From Eledone cirrhosa (Eukaryota): DNA of 64,000 nt. The notes beneath the pieces are model-generated. The model saw nothing but the letters and a program-made list of their open reading frames with translations. It did not search any database and had not been told where the DNA came from. Each line of letters starts with the position of its first letter. Within the stretch, counting starts at the first letter, position 1. Location: NCBI GenBank assembly GCA_964016885.1, contig OZ024742.1:122450001-122514000 (forward strand), in the 5' to 3' direction. The position numbers were made by a program, and so were the translations under genes. Positions 40,886 through 51,937 of the stretch are shown one piece after another.

Positions 40886-41695
40886 GATAACAGGTTATCG
40901 TTATAGGCAGTCCACTTAGATGTAGTCCAGTTGGAGTAGTTCGTGTAGTGAATAGTATTAACGTGTGGCTTAGTTTGACTAAACAAGACGTTTCCATAGC
41001 GATGCTGCGAGTTCGCCGGGATTTCTATGTAGTTTATACTTGGAGTAATAATAATTCAAGAAAGAAGAGTGACATGGTTCGCTATTCAATAAGGGCTGTA
41101 TTCACATTGCTGACAATTGTTTCTTTGATCTGGTAGGACTAGAGTTCGCTAGTCGCCTGATTATGCGCCAATCGAACACCAATACTTTGTTTATAACCAG
41201 TCGTTTTCATCAGAACAGGCGAAATGAAGAAGATACATAAGGCATGGTTTTTATATAGGTGTGGTATTAAACCCGAACAATAATATCAATGATAAAATAA
41301 AATAACTAGATAGCAAATAGTTAAAATAATAACATCAATATAAATAAGAGATAGAGTATAATGAAGAATCTAACATGTTAAATAAAGTGATATGATACAG
41401 ATGTATGGAATTGACGTGTTAAAACTGTTATAGGATACATTAAATATAGTGATGGGGTGGTGACTAGATAGCAGTAACCACTAAAATGTACTTGGAGACA
41501 GAATTTATGAGGTATCCACTATGCTGTAGGTATTCTGGCAATAAACCGGAGATTTACTTATTATTTGACAGATAAACATTTTCGTTTGATTAATTTAGTG
41601 ATGATGATAATTTTTACGTGGTGTTAAATGGAGTTGTAGATGCGTTATTTAAGTGATCTATACTAAGGGCGGGAAATGTTAGTTCGAATCGTGGG
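40881..41695 (-). mobile_element. PLE-type 3' end/pLTR, family X copy A (HHR at 41108-41217)
   Basis: Homologous to 42881-43690 and 43711-44410. Minus strand reads TGTT-CTGATGA..GAAACAATTGTC-AGCA. Confidence 0.75.
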
Positions 41696-41726
41696 AGTAC
41701 AGATGATTCTTTACTTTACCCTTCTT

Positions 41727-42419
41727 TATGTTCTCTATTTTACCCTTATCTTCTATTTTAGCATGTTGGTAGAGTACAGATGATTCTTTACTATCTTAAA
41801 GGTCTCGCCAGTGTTCATTTAAGATAGTAAAGAATCATCTGTACTCTACCAACATGCTAAAATAGAAGATAAGGGTAAAATAGAGAACATAGAAATAAAA
41901 ATAGAATCTACACACAGAAAAAAAGCAATGTTTAGACAAATCAGAGGCAATAAACATAAATGAATTACAACCAAAATATAATAGAAAACATGAGTGGAAC
42001 AGCAACATCACAACTGACAATTATGGACAAAATGAAAACACAAAATGAAAACACACGCACATAGAACAAACAACCAACCAGTAACATGTAATTTAACAAA
42101 TAAATAAACGAATATAAACACACACAGACACCCGAATGTAACACATGCGCAAACTAAGCACACAACACACACATAAAAACAAGATGGCGTAGGACAGAAC
42201 AAAGGAGAGGTACAAAAAACAAAGAAAAGAATCCCAGTCACTGAAGAGGTCACCGGATGTGTGACGAAAGAACTTTGACAATATATAAACAACCATCTGG
42301 TTGTGGAACCAACCAACCGGAAATTTATAAATTCCTAAATTTATAAATTTATTATAATAAATTGAAGTGAAAGCATGGTGCGTGTTTTTCTTATTGGCAA
42401 CATGTCCCTCCCAAAGTAT

Positions 42420-42427
<8 letters not shown>
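41727..42427 (+). mobile_element. PLE 3' fragment (same lineage as 37617-39240) with a 74-bp 5' fold-back
   Basis: KESSVLYQHAK..IENIEIKI..RQI..PKYNRKHEWN matches the C-terminus of the 37742 ORF. Ends CCCTCCCAAAGTATAACAATAT into (TA)n. Confidence 0.8.
42237..42279 (+). ncRNA. Minimal type I hammerhead ribozyme
   Basis: GTCA-CTGAAGA-G-GTCAC-CGGATGT-GTGAC-GAAAG-AA-CTT-TGAC. Confidence 0.78.
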
Positions 42428-42465
<38 letters not shown>

Positions 42466-42512
42466 GTATATATATATGTATATATATATGTGTATATATA
42501 TGTATATATATA

Positions 42513-42600
<88 letters not shown>

Positions 42601-42880
42601 CATATATATATATGTATATATGTATATATATATATGCATATATGTATATATGTATATATATGTATATATGTATATATATATATGTATATATGTATATATA
42701 TATATGTATATATGTATATATATATATGTATATATATTTATGTATATATGTATATATATATATATGTATATATGTATATATATATATATATGTATATGTA
42801 TATATATATATATGTATATATATATATGTATATATATGTGTATATATATATGTATATATATATACATATATATATGTGTA

Positions 42881-44410
42881 TACGGGATAACAAATTATCG
42901 TTATGGGTAGTCCACTTAGATGTAGTCCAGTTAGAGTACTCCGAGTAGTGTATAGTATTAACGCTTGGCTAAGTTTGACTCAACAAGACATTTCCATTCT
43001 GGTGCTGCGAGTACGCGTTGATTTCTATGTAGTTTATACTTGCAGTAATAATAAATCAAGAGAGAAGAGTGACATGGTCTGCTATACAATAAGGGTTTTA
43101 TTCACATTGCTGACAATTGGTTCTCTGAACTGGTAGGTGTAGAGATCGCTACCCGCCTGTTTTTGCGTCAATCGATCACCAAATCTTTGTTATAACCAAT
43201 CTATTCATCAGAGCATGCGGGAATGAAGGATATACACAGGCATGGCTACCATATATAGTAGTGGTATTAAATCGGAATAATGATAACAATACTCAAATAA
43301 ATTAGCTAGATAGTAAATAGTTAAAACAATCACAACATCAATCTAAGTACGAAATAGTGTATAATGATGACCTTAGCTTGTAAAACGAACTGATACGATA
43401 CAAATTGTATGAAATTGACATGTGAAAGCAGTCATGGGGTACACTAGATATAGTGCAGAGGTGGCAAAGAGGTAACTTGGGGCCTGGAATTATGGACTAT
43501 CTGCTTTACTGTAGGTTTGTTGGCCGTAAGTTGAATATTTATTTATTATCTGACAGATAAAATATTTTCATTGTTGTGAGGATGGTAATTTTTATGTGGT
43601 GTAAAGTGGAGTTGTAGATTCGTTATTTAAGTCGCCTATATTAGATGTAGGGTTTGTTAGTTCGAATCATGGGGGTTTAGCTTTCACAATAATGAATCCG
43701 CTTTACCATTCTCATAAAAATTACCATTTCCATTCTGTCAGATAATAAGAAATTCTTACGGTCAGCGAACCTACAGTAAAGTAAATGGTCCATTGTTTCA
43801 AACCCTAGGTTATCTCTACACTATAAATAATCACCCCATGACAGCTTTTACATGTCAATTTCATACATCTGCTTCGTATTAGTTCGTTTTACATGCTAAA
43901 GTCATCAGTATACTCCATGTCTTAATTAGATTGATGTTATGATTATTTTAACTATTTACGGTCTAGCTAATTTATTGTAGTATTGCTAGTATCGTTAGTA
44001 TTGTTATTATTGTTCTGATTTAATGCCACTACTATATATAGAAGCCATGCTTGTGTATTCCCTTCATTCTCGCATGCTCTGATGAATTGACTGGTTATAA
44101 CAAAATATTGGCGATCGATTGACGCAAAAAACAGGTGGGTAGCGATTTCTAGACCTACCAGTTCAGAGAAACAATTGTCAGCAATGTGAATAAAGCTCTT
44201 ATTGTATAGCAGACCATGTCACTCTTATTTCTTGATTTATTATTACTCCAAGTTTAAACTAGATAGAAATCACGGCGTACTCGCAGCATCACTAACGAAA
44301 AGTCTTGTTGAGTCAAACTTAGCCAAGCGTTAATACTATCCACTACTCGGAGTACCCTAACTGGACTACATCTAAGTGGACTACCTATAACAATAATTTG
44401 TTATCCCGTA
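42881..44410. mobile_element. Family X inverted pair (arms about 42881-43597 and 43711-44410), in (TA)n
   Basis: Ends TACGGGATAACAAATTAT / ATAATTTGTTATCCCGTA. The arms are homologous but visibly diverged. The left-arm HHR (43108-43215, minus) has GAAA changed to GAAC. Confidence 0.82.
44075..44183 (+). ncRNA. Hammerhead ribozyme with extended stem II
   Basis: TGCT-CTGATGA, stem II TTGACTGGT/ACCAGTTCAG around an insert of about 60 nt, GAAAC-AATT-GTC (palindromic stem III), AGCA. Confidence 0.8.
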
Positions 44411-44411
44411 G

Positions 44412-44442
<31 letters not shown>

Positions 44443-44456
44443 TATAATATATGTAT

Positions 44457-44517
<61 letters not shown>

Positions 44518-44574
44518 TATATATATAATATATGTATAAATATATATATAATATATATATATAAATATATATAT

Positions 44575-44890
44575 AACAAAATGGCGTAGGATAGAAGAAA
44601 GGAAAGGCACAGAAACGAAGAAAGAAATCCCCAGTCACTGAAGAGGTCACAGAGTGTGTGACGAAAGAACTATGACTATATATATATAAACAACTATCTG
44701 GTTGTGGAACCAACCAACCAACCAGAAATTTATAAATTTGTAAATTTATAAATATTTAATAAATTAAATTGAAGTGAAAGCAACTGGTGCGTGTGTTTCT
44801 TATTGGCAACATGACCCTCCCAAAGTATAACAATATCGGTTTCAACACACGATTTCAGATAAAGAATCTTGCTAAACAAATTCAGAAACG

Positions 44891-44895
<5 letters not shown>
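44575..44895 (+). mobile_element. Solo pLTR with tail (lineage of 37617/41727)
   Basis: Direct repeat of 42178-42427. The tail 44837-44895 resembles the reverse complement of tail 37617-37672 (TTTC.ACACACGATTTCA.ATAAA). Confidence 0.8.
44633..44677 (+). ncRNA. Minimal type I hammerhead ribozyme
   Basis: AGTCA-CTGAAGA-G-GTCAC-AGAGTGT-GTGAC-GAAAG-AA-CTA-TGACT. All core nucleotides are intact; CUA triplet. Confidence 0.85.
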
Positions 44896-44942
<47 letters not shown>

Positions 44943-44975
44943 TATATATATAATATATGTATAAATATATATATA

Positions 44976-45118
<143 letters not shown>

Positions 45119-45222
45119 ATATATATATAGATATATATATAATATATAGATATATATATAATATATATATATATATAATATATATATATATATAATATAT
45201 GTATAAATATACATATAATATG

Positions 45223-45281
<59 letters not shown>

Positions 45282-45304
45282 TATATATAATATATATATA
45301 TATA

Positions 45305-45376
<72 letters not shown>

Positions 45377-45381
45377 TATAG

Positions 45382-45470
<89 letters not shown>

Positions 45471-45566
45471 GTATATATATGTATATATATATATAATATA
45501 TGTATATATATATATATATAATATATATATATAATATATATAAAATATTTGTTGATATTTATATAA

Positions 45567-45605
<39 letters not shown>

Positions 45606-45693
45606 TATATATATATAATATATATAAAATATTTGTTGATATTTATATAATATATGTGTATATATATATATATATAATATATATGTACATATA

Positions 45694-46633
45694 TATATTA
45701 TTAAGTGTAATGAATTCTTTTACAATGGAGTTAGCTCGAAGGAGGAAATACCCCTGAGCCGTGTATAAACTAATATATATGATGAAACACAAATACCAAC
45801 ACATCTGTATTTATATTGCAAAAGAAAATTTAGCCAGAATGAGGAGAGCTGGACATGATATTCCTACACTTATTCATCTCGAAACATATTTGGATTTTAA
45901 AGTTTAAACTTATCTACGGAACAGGTTTGATTTTGAAATTTAAATGTGTCTAAACATCATAGCCATTTGGCAATGCAGTTCGTCTTTGTTGATTTATTAT
46001 TTTAAATCGATATGGACAAACTGTAGTATAATAATTAGTATACTTCATTCTGACTAAATTTTCTTTTGCAATATAAATGCAGATGTGTTGGTATCTGTGT
46101 TTCATCATATATGTTAGTTTATACACGGCTCAGGGGTATTTCCTCCTTCGAGCTAACTCCATTGTAAAAGAATTCATTACACTTAATAATATACCTGCTC
46201 CTAGGCTGAGCTGAACGTTGCCTCATATATATGACTGTTATTTCTAGCAGTACGGTTATGAGACTAGCTAGAAACTGTAAACCATGTGCGTTACACAGTC
46301 TTTTAAATTATTTAGAAGTGAAGCATATCAATTTGTCCCTGGATGTTTACTGAGGAGAGCAGGACATGATATTCCTACACTTATTCATCTCGAAACATAT
46401 TTGGATTTTAAAGTTTAAACTTATCTACGGAACAGGTTTGATTTTGAAATTTAAATGTATCTAAACATCATAGCCATTTGGCAATGCAGTTCGTCTTTGT
46501 TGATTTATTATTTTAAATCGATATGGACAAACTGTAGTATAATAATTAGTATGCTTCATTCTGGCTAAATTTTCTTTTGCAATATAAATACAGATGTGTT
46601 GGTATCTGTGTTTCATCATATATGTTAGTTTAT
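45694..46633 (+). mobile_element. Non-coding HHR element: 511-bp tandem unit (about 1.55 copies) plus a 149-bp inverted arm, retrozyme-like
   Basis: 45840-46122 is repeated at 46351-46633. 45694-45842 is inverted relative to 46045-46193. Flanks are (TA)n and no coding motif was seen. Confidence 0.82.
46345..46420 (+). ncRNA. Type I hammerhead ribozyme
   Basis: GTTTA-CTGAGGA-GAG..CTC-GAAAC..GTT-TAAAC. The upstream copy at 45840 lacks stem I and C3. Confidence 0.68.
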
Positions 46634-46637
46634 GTAC

Positions 46638-46668
<31 letters not shown>

Positions 46669-46682
46669 TCTATATATCTATC

Positions 46683-46723
<41 letters not shown>

Positions 46724-46781
46724 GTATATATGCATAAATATGTATATATATATATAATATATGTATATATATATATATATA

Positions 46782-46832
<51 letters not shown>

Positions 46833-46836
46833 GTAT

Positions 46837-46870
<34 letters not shown>

Positions 46871-46903
46871 ATATATGTATATATATATATATAATATATG
46901 TAT

Positions 46904-46988
<85 letters not shown>

Positions 46989-47046
46989 TATAATATATGT
47001 ATATATATATATATTACTATATATATGTATATATATATATATTACT

Positions 47047-47130
<84 letters not shown>

Positions 47131-47149
47131 GTATGTATATATATATTAG

Positions 47150-47975
47150 GTATAGGATTATCCAAGATGTATTAATGGTTAATTACTACACTGGATATGG
47201 TTGACGTACGGTGAGAGTTTACTCTACGAGTTATGGAACAAACTACTTAACGATAGAATTGAACTATCATTATACTGCAACCACAAACTAAAAGCTAAAT
47301 TCTCTCACTATAAAATAACTTAACATTCGAACCCGTAACTATAACATCGCTTTCTAGCTAACCACCTTCTCTTCCTCCACACTACAAGACAATACACTGC
47401 TTATCACTATAAATGGTAACTCAGTGAAATTCGCTGATTACTACTACAAACCCAAAGTTCACTCACCACATAAACTTCGTCTGTCCCCTCTCTACCTCTC
47501 TCTCTACATCCATTACACACTCTCTCTCTCGCCTTTGGCCTACTTCCCTCTCCACATCTATGAACCTGGCCTCTGGGGCAATAAATAATTCCGACCTTAA
47601 CTATCAACGCATCTCCCCAAAAGTAACCAGTATAATACAACTCCTACCATAACATTTTGATTAAGTTATCTACAAACCACTCTCTCCTACATCTCCAACC
47701 CCTGCATATCTTTCTCTCTCTCCCTCGCCCCTACTTTTCTCTCTTCCTTTTCTACTCTATCTTCCCCAACAACCCCACTTAAGGGTATTTGCATGGTACA
47801 TTTTACCATTCTGCTCTGAGGATACAGTGGTCACAGCATTGGATATTTGAGTTCTGCAAATAGTTGTAAATTTGCACATAGCATAACTAGGCTGTAGTAC
47901 CACCGTGGAAACATTTGTAAGCACACGGAATAAATTACCTTTTTATGATGTCTACCTGTTATTATTCATTCTTTA
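47150..47975 (+). mobile_element. PLE 3' end (Nematis-like) with HHR at 47812-47923
   Basis: KLLNDRIELSLYCNHKLKAKF matches the C-terminus of the 52140 element. HHR: TGCT-CTGAGGA-TACAGTGGT../..ACCACCGTG-GAAAC-ATTT-GTA-AGCA. Confidence 0.75.
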
Positions 47976-48002
47976 TATATATATATATATGTATATATAT
48001 AA

Positions 48003-48099
<97 letters not shown>

Positions 48100-48971
48100 A
48101 AATATGTATATATGCATATGTATATATACGCAGACATAAATACAGCGACACTCCTATACATTTCCTCTTATTTAATAGTTTAATTATTTTATACTGCTCA
48201 TGATCTCTATTCCAGGTCAAAGTATCATATAATATATTTTTCGTATCGTTATACCACTTAGTCTATTCATATAACATTTAATTTACATATTCATACACTA
48301 CAGAGTACATATAGTTGGCAACATGATACAATTTTACTTGAATATGATATACTGTACATTTTGATAGAGAGACCAACGTCTCTTTATGCAAATGAAAAAA
48401 TAATGCTTTAATATTAATGTTATATGATATTACTTGAAGTCTTAGTTTCCGATACACGTTTTACTTCATATATACCAAGTTTATCGTCGCTTTTATTCTT
48501 TCAGTGTATATATTCCGAAATTTAATTCTCTTTTCTTGCTTATATATCTATCATACTTTCCTTGTGTAAATATATGAGTTCCAGCGGTCAACTGCTTGGT
48601 GGGGGAAGGAGGTTGTAATGTCTTCGTCCATTTTTCCGTTGTCACTTTCTGATTCATTGTATGATCTTAGATATGCAGAACAAGTTTTTCATATATGCTG
48701 TCTGATGATGTGTTACTCGCTGCGTGATGGAAACATCATGAAGACATGATCGTCATTGAGATAAATACCACTGCTGTACTAATAAAGGAATTTGGAACAT
48801 ATACATCGGACTGTCGCAATTAACTTTACCGTAAATATACTCCGTCATGGACTAACAAATTATATTTGGAAGGAGAACCATGACGTCGAGTGCATACTTC
48901 TAATTACATCACCGGTCTCAGTTTGCTGTGCTGCAAACGAAATCATGAGTAGACAACATTTTCATCGGAAG

Positions 48972-49019
<48 letters not shown>

Positions 49020-49024
<5 letters not shown>

Positions 49025-51221
49025 TCAGGTTATCAATAATGTAGTGATAATATATCGTTACGTTAGAGATGAACAGCGTACGTGCAAGTTTGCTCAACGA
49101 GTATAAATTATATTCCGGAGAAATGTAGAAAGGATGAATATAAAATGAAAGTGCTTTTGTTAAAAAAGGAATTTATTAGGTGTTGACATATGTTTCTGTA
49201 ACAGACCGAATACCTATGTATCGCTGCTTGCGTAATCATATAATGTTAGCAAGTATTCGATAGCAAATGTATAATCAGTTGTCACTTCTTCAGAGATTTT
49301 GGATAAACTGGATAAAATCAGAAAAATTGAAGTATTTATATTAGTAAAAGAGGAAGGAACAGAGGGGATAGTATATGACAGATGGTAAAATAATTTACTG
49401 CTAGACAAGTATATAATGGGTTTTTAATGAGAATACCATGAGTAAATCTAAATAAGAATTTTGGGAGTGCCAATTTTAATCTCTACTTGACCAACTGGAC
49501 AGTGGACAGGGCTGGTCATTTGGTGCAGTAGTATTAATTATAAAGTGTCAATTGGGGAAGGGGGAGAGTTCGATTGCTACTAAATAACATCAATGCTAGT
49601 AGCCAGCTGGTATATGCATTAGGGAATTGAATCAAGAAATCAGAAATCTCATTTTATCTATAGCAGTTTGTATTAAAAGGTAAATAATAGAAGGGTTGAT
49701 AGAATTAAGACTAATAAAGAATGTTCATATCTATTTTGACAATCAAGCGGGGATAGAGACAGGCGTTCAATCCTGGTAGTATTTATAATATGAAAATGTA
49801 GATTTTAAGCGATGGTTACAGTATAACGATCGCTCTATTCTGTTATTTAATAAAATGTTTTTGGATTTCATAATACAAAATAATTCTACATTACATAATT
49901 TACAAAATTCCTGTCCATTGGACTATGGGGGGGGGGGGAGAGCCGCTATTATATCCCATTTTAGGTGAAATTGTTGGTTATTTTCACGCAGCTGCCAAGC
50001 CTTGTCTGCGAGTGTTGTTACATAACGCTGGTTTTCATGTTTTATCGAATAACGATGTCTATAAAGGCATGATTTGAAGGAGGTGGCTGTAGATCCCACA
50101 TAGTACCACTTCTGTCTATCCGATTCGATAGTACATTTGTATACGATGTTGCGTTCAAGACACTGATTGTTCAACGGACACATTCCTGGTTGGACACAGT
50201 TGCAATTATAATTTTGCGTTGTTGTATTGCCATGGATGGGTTGATGAGGTTGCTTATGTAGGACAGGATGTTGTTTGTTGTTTTGTGATGTTATAGCTAA
50301 TGTTTTACGTGTATTGTTATGTGTTGGAAGGCGTTTATACAACCGTTTTGCGTTAAGCTTTTTTATATGTTGTTCAATATTAGGGGCGGTTGAATATGAA
50401 AGTCGAATAGTGTTAGGGTTTAAGATTTTATTATATTTATGTGATGTTGGAAAGTGTTTTCTAACTAATCGAAATAATTTTGAGGGTAGATTGGTTTTAA
50501 TAGAGTTGTTATAGACCGGGTTGTACCAGATATACTCCTTACATCGCCTTCTGTTTGGTGGTGTGCGACTATAATTGTGTCTATTGCGGTAGTGTATGTA
50601 TGGTGGTGATTCTGTGCTATTTCTACTCCTATGTGATTTATTTTGGGTGTTTTGGTGATCTTTGACTATATACTCTATATTATCTAGGTGACCGGCTTTC
50701 CTAAGTGCATCATCATAATACTCGGCATGTTCTTTGAAGGTTTGTTGGTTGGATGATAGGCGGGAGATCCTAAGAGAAACATTTCTAGGGATGGATTTAA
50801 TTATAGAGAGTGGATGGTTAGAACTCGTATTTACATATTTAAGGTTCTCATTTAGTTTATGGAACGGTTTAATCGTATCTGTATTGAGATTGAAAGTAAC
50901 ATCAAGGAAATTGACCTCTTTGAGGTTATATTCAAATGTAATATTTAATCCTAGTTCCTTAAAAAGCCATCTGTCATATACTATCCCCTCTGTTCCTTCC
51001 TCTTTTACTAATATAAATACTTCAATTTTTCTGATTTTATCCAGTTTATCCAAAATCTCTGAAGAAGTGACAACTGATTATACATTTGCTATCGAATACT
51101 TGCTAACATTATATGATTACGCAAGCAGCGATACATAGGTATTCGGTCTGTTACAGAAACATATGTCAACACCTAATAAATTTTTTTTTTAACAAAAGCA
51201 CTTTCATTTTATATTCATCCT

Positions 51222-51226
<5 letters not shown>
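49020..51226 (-). mobile_element. 5'-truncated PLE (Nematis-like) with 260-bp inverted arms and a tail of about 105 bp, in (TA)n
   Basis: 49126-49385 is inverted relative to 50967-51226. Coding part 50966 to about 49767: VNFLDVTFNL, SNHP, WYNP, CNC..CPL, IVYKC..YYVGST, then after a poly-C frameshift CKLCNVE..YCNHR. Confidence 0.9.
51059..51167 (+). ncRNA. HHR-like motif with extended stem II, no obvious stem I (sense copy 49185-49293, minus)
   Basis: CTGAAGA-A-GTGACA../..TGTTAC-A-GAAAC-ATAT-GTC. Confidence 0.6.
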
Positions 51227-51259
<33 letters not shown>

Positions 51260-51265
<6 letters not shown>

Positions 51266-51690
51266 AAAAATTGAACGGGAACAAAACAGAGAGGCAGTAC
51301 AACAAATGTTTATTAATTTCACGCTCTTGAGAGTGGGGTGGTGGTGGGGAACGACGTTTCGGGCATAAGCCCTTCTTCAGGTGAAAAGTGTGTGGGAAGA
51401 GAGTTCAAAGGGTGTGTAGGGGAGTGGTGGAGAGACATATAGCAAAAAGGGGGTGAGAGGAAACGGTGCAAATGAAATTAAAAATAAAGGCATGATCAAA
51501 ATAAAATTAAAATGGGGTAAAACAGGTGGTGGAAGGGTGTGGGGCGTGTAGGGGTGGTGGCGGGTGGAGTGGGGAGAGGGAGACGTGTTGTCCGAGCGGT
51601 GAGGGCAGAATGTGGTGTGTGTGTGTGTAGGTGTACGTGTGTGTGTGTGTGTATGTGAAAGCAAGGGTTGGGGGAAGAACGGGGTTGCTT
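51260..51690 (-). mobile_element. PLE-type pLTR fragment with HHR (about 51320-51385)
   Basis: Minus strand reads CTGAAGA-A-GGGC-TTAT-GCCC-GAAACGTC. Homologous to 39320-39760. Confidence 0.7.
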
Positions 51691-51937
51691 TTGAATTTTA
51701 TGGGATCTCTTAGTTTTTATATGTTTTGGTTAACATCGATGCAATGATCGAACCTGCTGCTTCGAAGAATCGAGACGTATCCGAGGATCTTGCAATTTCA
51801 GAGTCAGGTTTGATTATTGCATCGATCATGCCTCGAGCCGGTCGCCAAAGAAACGATTGTAATATGTCTAATAAAAATTAATTCGTCTCCAACTTATTCT
51901 TCGTTTCTTATGTGTGTGTATATATATATATATATAT

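Noticed and set aside
48697-48750. CTGATGA..GAAAC HHR-like motif (similar weak ones at 30737, 40090-40135 minus, 55966 and 12661)
   Set aside because: The cleavage triplet, GAAA or stems are missing or mismatched. They may be decayed HHRs but cannot be supported individually.
50967-51053. N-terminus of ORF 49923-51053 (likewise the start of ORF 37651-38748)
   Set aside because: Read-through from the inverted pLTR arm, not real coding sequence.
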